Shown: positions 17,242 to 25,645 of the stretch, one piece after another
How the letters are laid out: every line of letters begins with the position of its first letter
Numbering within the stretch: the first letter of the stretch is position 1
Origin: Candidatus Saganbacteria bacterium
GTDB taxonomy: Bacteria > Margulisbacteria > WOR-1 > JAKLHX01
Assembly (NCBI GenBank): GCA_026387835.1
Contig: JAPLKZ010000011.1
Coordinates: 30,001-62,000 of the forward strand
Reading direction: 5' to 3'
DNA length: 32,000 nt
Position numbers and translations under genes: made by a program
The notes under the pieces: model-generated
What the model was told of the DNA's origin: nothing
Databases searched by the model: none
The model's input: the letters and a program-made list of their open reading frames with translations, nothing else

Positions 17242-19191
17242 TTACTCTAATTTCGCTGCCAATTCAGAATTGATTTTCTGCAATTCCTGAAGGATCTCCT
17301 GTCTTTTTGCGGCGGGATGTGCAGCCAGAATATCAACAGCAAATTTAATGTCGCTTGAAGTATATTCATGATGTGAAGTTTCTGGTATAGGAGGACAAAC
17401 TTCTTTAGTCCTTTTGTTAACATCATCCTCCATATAGGCACTCTCATCATAGACTTGATAGACTCCCGGGGAGACAATTACCCTAGATTTTGAGGTTGAT
17501 CCAGAAATTATTTTTGCGACAACAATACTGTCTTTGCTTGATAAAGGATTATTCAAAACACTTAATAGAACACCAGCAGACTTACTATCGGCCAAAGCTG
17601 TTAAATCTGCTTCGGACAAGAGCCCTCTTTTATTTAGATTGTCATAAGCTAGTCGGGCTGTAAAATCATTTGCCTCGTTCTTTGCAAGGGCCATTAAAAC
17701 ATCCTTGTTTGTTAGTGGATTTTCCGCAACTCGGCTTGGAACAGAAAGAGATTTGCTGCCGGCCAAAACAGTTAAATCGGCCTCAGTCAAGAGCCCTCTT
17801 TTTTCCAAAACTTCATAAGCACGTTGTGCCCCTGCATAATCCTCCCCCTTTGCAAGAACCATTAAGATATCTTTGTTAGCTACGAGTAGTTTTTGAACAA
17901 AGGCAAATCGGGCATCCGACAAAACACTTAAATCGGCTTTAGTCAAGAGCCCTCTTCTATCTAGATTGTCATAAGCTCTTACTGCCACCTCTCCGCTTGT
18001 TGCACTTTTTGCCAGGAGCATTAAAGCATCTTTGTTTGTCTGGGGATTTTCCGCAACTCGTTCTTGAACACTCACATTGGGACTGCCAGCTAAAGCCGTT
18101 AAATCGGCTTCGGACAAGAGCCCTCTTTTGTCCAAACTTTCATAAGCTTGTCTGGCTATGTAACCATGTACTACTTGGCTCTTTGCAACGACCATTAAAG
18201 TATCTTTGTTTGTTAAAGGATTATCTAAAACTCTTGATTGAACAGAGCCAAACCGACTACCGGCCAAAACAGTTAAATCAGCTTCAGTCAAGAGCCCTTT
18301 TCTTTTTAGATTGTCATAAGCTCCAAGTATCATCTGTCCACTGTAGTCCGGCCTATCAATGGGAGATGATGTCCATGTGGTAGCCAAAAGAGACAATTGC
18401 TTGGCAGATAACGCGAGAATGTATTTTTCCAGACCGTGAAACCCGCATGGGTTAAAAAGGCCATAAATGGCAAACTGGAAATTATCTGGCAGACTGGAGT
18501 TAAATAAAAATTCCCCAAGAGATTTATATTGAGCAAGTGCACGTTGCAGAATTTCCCTGTGCACGGACAGTTTCCGATTCCCATATCGTATCAAGTCTAT
18601 AAGCCCGACGGAGAGTAAAGGCAAAGAAGATAAGCCCATCACTTTTAAAAAGTTAAAATAATTACCATTTGCATTGTTAATGGCGCAAGCGAATATGAAT
18701 AATGTCAGGGAACAGCATAATCCAACAACATATCCCTTATGTTTATAAGGATCCATAGGTTCGTAAGGCTCCGCATGTGCATAAAACTCTTTCCACGTGA
18801 ATGGCATCCTCGCGCCGCCCCCTTCGATATTAAACGACACAGGCACATCCGCCAGTAATCTTTCAGAAGCCGGATACGGCCTTGTCGTTAAGGTCTTAAA
18901 CATCCCGCTAAGCGTATCAACGGATATTCCTTTTGGGATATCTATTCCTGTTATCCCCGCCCTTGCAAGCAATCCTGAATAAAGAGGATTTGAAAGCTCT
19001 GCTTCTCCGAGCGGTGACTTTGCAACTAAGTTCGCGCCTTGAAATTTTAGAGCGACGTCGCTTTGACGCGACAGGATGCCGACTTCTCTTGCGAAAGAAC
19101 CCGCCACCAGCGGATGCGCGATCCTTGTTCGTAAGCCGTTAAAATGTCCGAGCCTGACCTGTGAACGATCTATTGTTGCCGATATGGCCAT
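17242..19191 (-). CDS. Membrane-anchored protein: shared N-terminal domain, TM region, five LRV/HEAT-like repeats (649 aa)
   Basis: GGAGG ribosome-binding site; N-terminal segment IAHPLVAGSFAREVGILSRQSDVAL...PLYSGLLARAGITGIDIPKG; hydrophobic segment GYVVGLCCSLTLFIFACAI; repeats of the form AYDNLxKRGLLTEADLTVLAGS...V..RVAENPLTNKDVLMALAK. Confidence 0.9.
   Translation of the reverse strand: MAISATIDRSQVRLGHFNGLRTRIAHPLVAGSFAREVGILSRQSDVALKFQGANLVAKSPLGEAELSNPLYSGLLARAGITGIDIPKGISVDTLSGMFKTLTTRPYPASERLLADVPVSFNIEGGGARMPFTWKEFYAHAEPYEPMDPYKHKGYVVGLCCSLTLFIFACAINNANGNYFNFLKVMGLSSLPLLSVGLIDLIRYGNRKLSVHREILQRALAQYKSLGEFLFNSSLPDNFQFAIYGLFNPCGFHGLEKYILALSAKQLSLLATTWTSSPIDRPDYSGQMILGAYDNLKRKGLLTEADLTVLAGSRFGSVQSRVLDNPLTNKDTLMVVAKSQVVHGYIARQAYESLDKRGLLSEADLTALAGSPNVSVQERVAENPQTNKDALMLLAKSATSGEVAVRAYDNLDRRGLLTKADLSVLSDARFAFVQKLLVANKDILMVLAKGEDYAGAQRAYEVLEKRGLLTEADLTVLAGSKSLSVPSRVAENPLTNKDVLMALAKNEANDFTARLAYDNLNKRGLLSEADLTALADSKSAGVLLSVLNNPLSSKDSIVVAKIISGSTSKSRVIVSPGVYQVYDESAYMEDDVNKRTKEVCPPIPETSHHEYTSSDIKFAVDILAAHPAAKRQEILQELQKINSELAAKLE
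17520..18345 (-). repeat. Five in-frame imperfect tandem repeats (period about 150-165 bp, 50-55 aa)
   Basis: DNA-level recurrence of 'gctt/ctc-ggacaagagccctctttt' or '...agtcaagagccctctttt' near 17606, 17773, 17939, 18098 and 18278, with protein-level repeat units R1-R5. Confidence 0.85.
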
Positions 19192-19222
19192 GTTAATTTC
19201 CTCCTTCTTCCTTGGTGAATAT

Positions 19223-19250
19223 CTATCGAGCGGATATTATGGAAATTTCA
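19223..19250 (-). promoter_or_regulatory. Bipartite promoter-like motif, copy c
   Basis: TGAAATTTCCATAATATCCGCTCGATAG; TGAAAT-N16-CGATA, upstream of 19191. Confidence 0.7.
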
Positions 19251-19372
19251 GGCAATTTTCATTTATGGAATTTATCTCTGTCAAGCGGAAGAAATACTTA
19301 CGGCTTCATATCAAAATGTATCTTAAGTCCCAAGGCCTTTTTCGATGCGCGACAGCCCAACCCGGCCTATTT

Positions 19373-20779
19373 TTACTCTACAGAAAATACTCTATCGCCC
19401 CCCCGCGCTCTCTTTATTGAGATATCAGGGTTCATGCCGATAGGCGATATCACAGTGTGGCCGTCCGGAGCCATAAAAGCTATGCTGTCACGGACAGTCA
19501 AATTATGAGGTATCGTCCCGCTGGCAAGAATACTTCTTTCAAGCTTTGCTCCCGTGTCTCCCGTGCCGAGCAGCACCCTTGTCCGGTCGCATTCGCCTAT
19601 TCCGTCACCTTTCAGGCCGAAATGATACGCTGTTTCAAGTATGACCGCAGACCTTACCTCAGCGTTCGCTCCGACAATAGCATGGCTCGCGATAGAAGCT
19701 CTTTCGATACGAACGCCGGGCCCGATAACCGCTCCCGCACCTATATAATAAGGCGCGATCAAAGTTGCGGTTTTATCGACTTTTGCGGTGGGATCTATGA
19801 AAGCGATCTTTTTGGATGTGACCAAATTATTTTCAGAAGAAGCCAATTTTATCCACATGGACCTGTCAAAGTATCCGTCCAGGGTATCCATTATAGCCAG
19901 CCATAGCTTGCCCAGGTCGCCCACGTCTATCCAATAGTTGGCAGGCGGCAGTATCACTCCCTGGAAATTGAGCCTCTTTTCTATCGCGAAGGGAAAGACA
20001 TGACGGGCAAAATCCTTGAAATCATCTTCCTTCCCTGCTTTCATTTGTTCTTTCCATATGTCATATAGGTCCCTTATGAATTTTCCTTTCATGACCCCGA
20101 TAGAGGTGTCATTAAGATTACTGCAGCATGTGTCGACGGGTATCTTTTCCTTGAAGCATACTACTTTATGGGACATAAAGGGTGTGCTTCGGGCAATAAA
20201 CCCGTCAATCTCGTGCCCATATAGTTTTAAATATTTTTCATAATCTTCAAAAGACTCCTTCGGCGCCCTGTCACGCTTCTGCGGCATATTTTCCAGACGG
20301 ACGGTGCCGTATTTAGGGACCTCTTTCCAGGGGACGGCATTAAAGAGTTCCGTAATATCCGCCCCTGTCCGGCGGTGTGTCTCAAGCAATTTTGCAAGAT
20401 CAGCATCACAGAGTATATCGCCGCATGTCACTACCAGGTCATCTTCATCCTGTATGCCTGCCTTTTCCACGGCCAGTTTGACCGTATCTCCCATTGTTCC
20501 GTGCATTGCATCCTGGTTATGGAGCTTGATGAGATCCGGTAATTTTACGATATTTTCGTAATAAGATCTTATTGTGTCGGGATGGTTCCACAGGTTTATA
20601 AGTATCGGAGATACCTCCTTGAGTCTTTGCAGCTCAAGTACAGTATGGTGCATTACCGGGGTGTCTAATATCGGGAACCTGGGTTTTGCCATAGGCCACT
20701 TGTTGATCTCGGTGGTCAGACTTCCGACCCTATTGCCCAACCCCGCAGAGAGCACGATCGCCATAACCCTTCCGCTCAT
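19373..20779 (-). CDS. Sugar-phosphate nucleotidyltransferase family protein with C-terminal left-handed beta-helix-like region (468 aa)
   Basis: N-terminal nucleotide-binding signature (VMAIVLSAGLGNRVGSLTTEINKWPMAKPRFPILDTPVM) and hexapeptide-like C-terminus (IAPYYIGAGAVIGPGVRIERASIASHAIVGANAEV). Confidence 0.85.
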   Translation of the reverse strand: MSGRVMAIVLSAGLGNRVGSLTTEINKWPMAKPRFPILDTPVMHHTVLELQRLKEVSPILINLWNHPDTIRSYYENIVKLPDLIKLHNQDAMHGTMGDTVKLAVEKAGIQDEDDLVVTCGDILCDADLAKLLETHRRTGADITELFNAVPWKEVPKYGTVRLENMPQKRDRAPKESFEDYEKYLKLYGHEIDGFIARSTPFMSHKVVCFKEKIPVDTCCSNLNDTSIGVMKGKFIRDLYDIWKEQMKAGKEDDFKDFARHVFPFAIEKRLNFQGVILPPANYWIDVGDLGKLWLAIMDTLDGYFDRSMWIKLASSENNLVTSKKIAFIDPTAKVDKTATLIAPYYIGAGAVIGPGVRIERASIASHAIVGANAEVRSAVILETAYHFGLKGDGIGECDRTRVLLGTGDTGAKLERSILASGTIPHNLTVRDSIAFMAPDGHTVISPIGMNPDISIKRARGGDRVFSVE

Positions 20780-22002
20780 AACTTTTCTCCTTTCATATGA
20801 CGATGAAAAATGAATTTTTTCGGTTCTTCGCCGGTAAAATCGAACATGTAAAGAAAAGCCCTGTAGATCCTCTCTGATGCCTTGCCGTCCCCGTATGGAT
20901 TTGACTGGACCGCCATCCCATTATAAAAACTTCGGTCTGTTAACAATCTTTTCGCGTCTCTATAGATGTCCGAAGGATCGGTCCCTGTAAGCCTGGCATT
21001 GTTGCTCCAAATAGCTTCGGGCCTTTCCGTAGTATCCCTGAGTATCAGCACGGGGACCCCGAAAGACGGCGCTTCTTCCACGATGCCGCCGGAATCCGTC
21101 ATGATAAAATAGCAGGACCTCATCACATGCAGCATCGTCAGATAATCTAACGGTTCTATCAGCCTTACATTGTGAAAATTATGCAGATCACTCTTCCGGA
21201 GAGCTTCTTTTACTGCCGGGCTCGGATGGACAGGGAAAATGATATTCACTTTATCAGGATTATTTTCGGCTAAACGTCCGATAGAATTGAACATCTTCAC
21301 CATTTGTCTGCCCTGGTTCTCTCTCCTGTGCAGGGTCACCAGTATATTTTTTCTGGCCGGGTCTATCAGTTCAGAGACCGCGGGCGGCGCTTCCGTTCCT
21401 TTAAGGACCATTTTGACCGCGTCTGTTACCGTGTTGCCGGTGACCAGGATCCTTTCTTTCGGCACGCCGCAGTTGATCAGGTTTTTTGCCGCTGTTTTGG
21501 TCGGGGCAAAGTTAAATGAAGCTATGGGGGAGACCATCCTCCTGCAAAACTCTTCCGGAAAAGGGGACAGGAGATCGTTGCTTCTAAGCCCGGCTTCGAT
21601 ATGGCTTACCGGGACCTTGTGAAAAGACGCGGCAACGGAAGCCGCGAGCGTGCTGACAGTGTCTCCCTGCACGATGACCATATCCGGCATCATCCTCTCA
21701 AAGAACCTTCCCAGCGAATCGGTCATTATTGCAAACGAAGAGTGAAGTCCTTTGTTCTTGAATTTAGGCAGATAGGAAATGAAACGACCGGTTATGCCGA
21801 AAGACGCGATGGCAGAATCAGCGATCTCTCTGTGCTGCCCGGTCAAGAGCAATAAAGACTTGAAATATGAACAATCCGGAGCAGTTAACCGTTTCAGTAC
21901 AGGAGCTATTTTAATGATCTCCGGCCTTGTCCCCGCGACAAAGCACAAGGTCCTTGGCACGAAGGGCCGGCTTGCGGTAGGATCGTGTTCTATTTTTATC
22001 AT
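20776..22002 (-). CDS. wecB: UDP-N-acetylglucosamine 2-epimerase, non-hydrolysing
   Basis: VAGTRPEIIKIAPVLKRL, VQGDTVSTLAASVAASFHKVPVSHIEAGLRSNDLLSPFPEEFCRR, TLHRRENQG, TDSGGIVEEAPSFGVPVLILRDTTERPE motifs. Confidence 0.93.
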   Translation of the reverse strand: MIKIEHDPTASRPFVPRTLCFVAGTRPEIIKIAPVLKRLTAPDCSYFKSLLLLTGQHREIADSAIASFGITGRFISYLPKFKNKGLHSSFAIMTDSLGRFFERMMPDMVIVQGDTVSTLAASVAASFHKVPVSHIEAGLRSNDLLSPFPEEFCRRMVSPIASFNFAPTKTAAKNLINCGVPKERILVTGNTVTDAVKMVLKGTEAPPAVSELIDPARKNILVTLHRRENQGRQMVKMFNSIGRLAENNPDKVNIIFPVHPSPAVKEALRKSDLHNFHNVRLIEPLDYLTMLHVMRSCYFIMTDSGGIVEEAPSFGVPVLILRDTTERPEAIWSNNARLTGTDPSDIYRDAKRLLTDRSFYNGMAVQSNPYGDGKASERIYRAFLYMFDFTGEEPKKFIFHRHMKGEKL

Positions 22003-22005
22003 ATA

Positions 22006-24528
22006 TCAAATTATCATTTTGGTTTCTTCGACCGCGGTCTTGGCCTTGCCCTTAAGCATATTAAAATAAAGATGAAGAGCCTGCATGGCGAACATAGTAC
22101 ACCAGGAGTTGCAGTGATTTATCTCTTCCCCTTTAGCGCCGAATCCGTATACAAAGCCTCCTTTTATCCTTCTGTTGCCCGAATTGTTATAAAAAAGCAG
22201 AAGTTTATTAGCAAGCAGGTGAATTCTATTCTCATCGATTGTATGCGGCTGATGCAGATTTATAAGGCAGGCAAGCCTCAGCGCCTGGGCAAGGGTATCG
22301 CTCCTTTCGGAATAGGAAACTCCGCATTCCGAGAAAGCCTGCGGAATGCCGCCGGTCGTTTGGTTCTGTATGTCAAATATCCATTTTACCGCTCTGACAG
22401 CCGACCCCATATATCGTTCAGTTTTTCTTGGATCTGTTTTTTTTAAGTGCAATGCGGCATATAAAAGGCCTTCCGCCGTATAGCAGTGAGGGTGGAGCTG
22501 CGTGGATTTAGATGTTCCGCGCTCTGACATATTTGTAAAAAATCTTCCGCTGGCGTCCTGGTCCTCGACCGCATTGTCACAAAGGGAAACAGCCATCTTC
22601 ATGGCAAGAGAGTTCCCTGTTTCGCGGGAATATTTTAATAGCGGCATGGCAAGCTTAGCGTGGTAAGATCCCGAAAACATGGACCAGTTCAGGCGGGGAA
22701 TACTCACGCCCTCCGCGCGCACGGTGTCAAAAAACGCCAAGAGACTGCCATCCCTTCTTCGCATTTTCATAAGGAAATAAAAGATATTTTCGGCCATCTC
22801 GGCAAACCTTTTGTTACCCGTGATCGAGAACATATTCATGAGCCCGTCCATTATCATACCGTTGTCGAATGTATAAAGAAGGTCGTTAAGAGGATTTCCC
22901 GCTCTATCCTGATCGGGGTATAATCTTGACGGAAAAGCGATGCAGGCGCCTTCGGCAGGCGTAGATTCAATAGACAAAGAATTCCTTTCCAGCCAGTTAA
23001 ACGCTGCCAACGAATGCGAATAGATTTTTTCCGGTAAATGGATCGTTTTTGACAGCTGATGATGTTTAGCGATATTTGCAAGTGCTGTCAGGCCATAGCC
23101 GGTTATTTCAGGATATATGAACGAGTACCTGTTGATCGCAGGATCAAGATAGGCAAAAAAACCGCCGCGAAAGAGACGACTGCTAGAGCGCGACTGGATC
23201 CCGGAATCAAGCAGCCAACTTTCTGTTCCGAGATGACATCTTTTGAATTTTGACAGATACGATTGTTGCGGCACCGATCTAACGGCTTTCCAGCGGACCC
23301 CGCCGTATTTTTTTAACGGATTAGGGGCATCAGCTCTCAAAGCCAGACAACGATCGCCATGGGAAAGAAATCTCTCACCGGGCCGGAGGACAGCGGCTAT
23401 TTTTTCTAATATTCCGGCTGAGGCCGAGCCGTCCCCGAAGATCCGGGACGCGACAGAATAACTTGCCAGCTTCTTCCGGTCTCTCGCAAGTTCGGACATG
23501 ACACGGAACAAGTTTTCCCAGTTCGATATACTTCCGAAACAGAGATTTGGCAGGGTGGTTTTCTGCGGAATTTCAACACTGTTGGCAAAGACCATGGGCT
23601 TACCCAAATGAGCCGTTTCGATCTGCATGTTCTGCGAATCCGAGACTATGAAACTGCAGTATCTCATCATGTGGGTAAAATTCCTGTAAGAGTAAGGAGA
23701 CTGTATGATCACGTTGTCGAGCGATCCCAGGATGGACGATGCGGCTCTATGCAATGTCGATATTTCCGGCAGAGATAGAACAACGTTATGATCTGCAAAG
23801 TTATGGGCAAAGGCCTTTAGCGCAAAAAGGAAATATTTGAACGGATCGCCAAAGTTATCGGGGTTCTTGATGCTTACCAGCACGAACCTTTTATCCAAAA
23901 GTTTTTTATCAATATATCTAGTCACCTTTTTTCCCGCAATGGCCAGGGCATCAACGATCGTGCTGCCGGCGAAAATCACTTTTGAGGGATCGCGTGTGTC
24001 CGGCTGAAGCCCTTCCGGCGTGGTTGTGGGGCAGAATTGTAAAAAGGCGGTATCTTCGATCGTTCTTCTGGCAAATATCCTTGTGAGCGAGCTCGACATC
24101 ATCATACTGCAGTAATTTCTAATATGGACAGCGGGTATGCCGCTGTATTTAGAAAACAAGGCTCCGGAAAATGCCACGTTCGAGTCGCCATGCAATAAAA
24201 TGATGTCCGTATCGGAGCCCGACAAAACCGAATTAAGATTTTTTAATGTCCCGCTGACCAATGATGCCTGAGATATTGCGCGGCCGCCTAAATGAAAATC
24301 CCTGTCAAAATCTTTTATACCGAAAAGGCGCAAATATGATTCAATCCCGGTATCTGTACCGGAATTGATCAGGGTCATCTGAAACATCCCGGGATTCTTT
24401 CTTGCGGCCGCAATTACCGGTCCGAGGCCGATCACATCCCGCCTTGACCCCATGACCGCGCTGATCCTTATCGGTCTAGGAGCGACAAGGCTGACCGGCA
24501 GATTTTTCGATGCAAAATGTGTTCCCAT
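22006..24528 (-). CDS. Degenerate UDP-GlcNAc 2-epimerase-like domain fused to (alpha/alpha)-toroid-like domain (840 aa)
   Basis: N-terminal half follows the WecB layout (GSRRDVIGLGPVIAAARK, HGDSNVAFSGALFSKYSGIPAVHI, DSQNMQIETAHLGKPMVFANSVEIPQKT) but lacks active-site motifs; C-terminal half has helical-toroid features (YTFDNGMIMDGLMNMFSITGNKRFAEMAENIFYFLMKM). Confidence 0.75.
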   Translation of the reverse strand: MGTHFASKNLPVSLVAPRPIRISAVMGSRRDVIGLGPVIAAARKNPGMFQMTLINSGTDTGIESYLRLFGIKDFDRDFHLGGRAISQASLVSGTLKNLNSVLSGSDTDIILLHGDSNVAFSGALFSKYSGIPAVHIRNYCSMMMSSSLTRIFARRTIEDTAFLQFCPTTTPEGLQPDTRDPSKVIFAGSTIVDALAIAGKKVTRYIDKKLLDKRFVLVSIKNPDNFGDPFKYFLFALKAFAHNFADHNVVLSLPEISTLHRAASSILGSLDNVIIQSPYSYRNFTHMMRYCSFIVSDSQNMQIETAHLGKPMVFANSVEIPQKTTLPNLCFGSISNWENLFRVMSELARDRKKLASYSVASRIFGDGSASAGILEKIAAVLRPGERFLSHGDRCLALRADAPNPLKKYGGVRWKAVRSVPQQSYLSKFKRCHLGTESWLLDSGIQSRSSSRLFRGGFFAYLDPAINRYSFIYPEITGYGLTALANIAKHHQLSKTIHLPEKIYSHSLAAFNWLERNSLSIESTPAEGACIAFPSRLYPDQDRAGNPLNDLLYTFDNGMIMDGLMNMFSITGNKRFAEMAENIFYFLMKMRRRDGSLLAFFDTVRAEGVSIPRLNWSMFSGSYHAKLAMPLLKYSRETGNSLAMKMAVSLCDNAVEDQDASGRFFTNMSERGTSKSTQLHPHCYTAEGLLYAALHLKKTDPRKTERYMGSAVRAVKWIFDIQNQTTGGIPQAFSECGVSYSERSDTLAQALRLACLINLHQPHTIDENRIHLLANKLLLFYNNSGNRRIKGGFVYGFGAKGEEINHCNSWCTMFAMQALHLYFNMLKGKAKTAVEETKMII

Positions 24529-24553
24529 ATTTAATTCGCGCTTCCATTAGTTT

Positions 24554-24581
24554 ATCGTCACATTTACCACGAAATTTCACT
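24554..24581 (-). promoter_or_regulatory. Bipartite promoter-like motif, copy b
   Basis: TGAAATTTCGTGGTAAATGTGACGATAA; TGAAAT-N16-CGATA, upstream of 24528. Confidence 0.7.
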
Positions 24582-24680
24582 TATTATTAATATATTTAAA
24601 ATCGACGGCAAATATGAGAAGCCGATATTTTTCGGCGGAATTTTACGGCAGAGGACAATTTGCGCTAAACATATTTATTT

Positions 24681-25526
24681 TTACCGCCTATTACTTGCTT
24701 TTTTCAAACCTTTATGTTGTTTTACTGTTGTTAAGATGCTCATCAGCATTTTATAGCCGTCATTCAACGGATTTACTTTTGAGTGTATATCGTTATCCCA
24801 TGATACCGGCGATTCCGTGATCTTAAATCCCAGCTTGTGAGCGATATAAAGGACCTCGACATCAAACCCCCAGCCGTTCACGGTCTGCCGCGCGAAAACT
24901 TCTTTTACTGCCAGCCGAGTTAAACATTTGAAACCGCATTGCGTGTCGCGGATGTTGAGCCCGGTCGCAAATATCGCGGTCTCACTGAAAAGCCAGTCTA
25001 AAAGTTCCCTGTAAAAAGGCTGGTGACGTAAAATGTTTGACTGCGGCAGCATCCTTGAACCGATCACGATGTCGGACCCGGCATCAAAACACGGGATAAA
25101 ATTTTGCATCTCGCCTATCTTGGTCGCATTGTCCGCGTCCATGAAAAGCGCAAGATCGCTTTTTGTCCGGAGCATGCCCTCCCTGACAGAAAATCCCTTC
25201 CCCATATTGGACCTGGGCCCCGTGATCTGCACGCGGCCGCTTCCCGCGAAGGAAGAGACGATGTCGGATGTCCTGTCAGTGCTGCCGTCGTCGACTACCA
25301 ATATATCGGCAATGCTTAACCCCGCGCATGAAAAGCCGAGGATACTTTCGATGGTCGGGCCTATACGTTTTGCCTCGTTGAATGCCGGGATAACGACAGA
25401 GAGAGAAAATGACCTGTCCATCGGCTTTGCCACTGCAGGTCCGGGAATTTGCGCAGGACGAAATCCGGTCAATGCCGACCTTATGCGAACAGACAGATGT
25501 TTTTCGCTATTTACCGATAATCCCAT
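24681..25526 (-). CDS. Family 2 glycosyltransferase, dolichyl/polyprenyl-phosphate glycosyltransferase-like (ALG5-like)
   Basis: SVVIPAFNEAKRIGPTIESIL, DILVVDDGSTDRT, GKGFSVREGMLRTKSDLALFMDADNATKI, DTQCGFKCLTR, NGWGFDVEVLYIA motifs. Confidence 0.9.
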   Translation of the reverse strand: MGLSVNSEKHLSVRIRSALTGFRPAQIPGPAVAKPMDRSFSLSVVIPAFNEAKRIGPTIESILGFSCAGLSIADILVVDDGSTDRTSDIVSSFAGSGRVQITGPRSNMGKGFSVREGMLRTKSDLALFMDADNATKIGEMQNFIPCFDAGSDIVIGSRMLPQSNILRHQPFYRELLDWLFSETAIFATGLNIRDTQCGFKCLTRLAVKEVFARQTVNGWGFDVEVLYIAHKLGFKITESPVSWDNDIHSKVNPLNDGYKMLMSILTTVKQHKGLKKASNRR

Positions 25527-25590
25527 ATTAATATCTTTACAAACAACAGCTCGGGCTTCCCATGCTTATTGCTTGTTCCCATCTGCATAG

Positions 25591-25618
25591 TTGTCGCCGG
25601 TATTTTAAGGAAATTTCA
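25591..25618 (-). promoter_or_regulatory. Bipartite promoter-like motif, copy a
   Basis: TGAAATTTCCTTAAAATACCGGCGACAA; TGAAAT-N16-CGACA, upstream of 25526. Confidence 0.65.
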
Positions 25619-25645
25619 CCCATTTTGCTAAGGCGTTATAGTAAA

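Noticed and set aside
17520-18345. Tandem repeats considered as a possible CRISPR array.
   Set aside because: Repeats are in-frame, imperfect, long-period and encode a protein repeat; no constant short repeats with unique spacers.
76-24820. Many plus-strand ORFs of 60-237 aa lying opposite the long minus-strand genes (for example 3366..4079, 13511..14014, 19457..19906).
   Set aside because: They are fully antisense to long ORFs with good ribosome-binding sites or clear homology, have low-complexity Ser/Leu/Arg-rich translations and no conserved motifs; treated as shadow ORFs.
1-25526. Large-protein cluster considered as a prophage or known secretion system.
   Set aside because: No terminase, portal, capsid, integrase, transposase, Walker-type secretion ATPase or tail motifs recognised, and the promoter motif extends over metabolic glycan genes.
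1123-25618. Repeated intergenic motif considered as a sigma-54 promoter.
   Set aside because: The sigma-54 signature (TGGCAC-N5-TTGCW, GG/GC spacing) is absent; geometry fits ECF or sigma-28-class promoters better.
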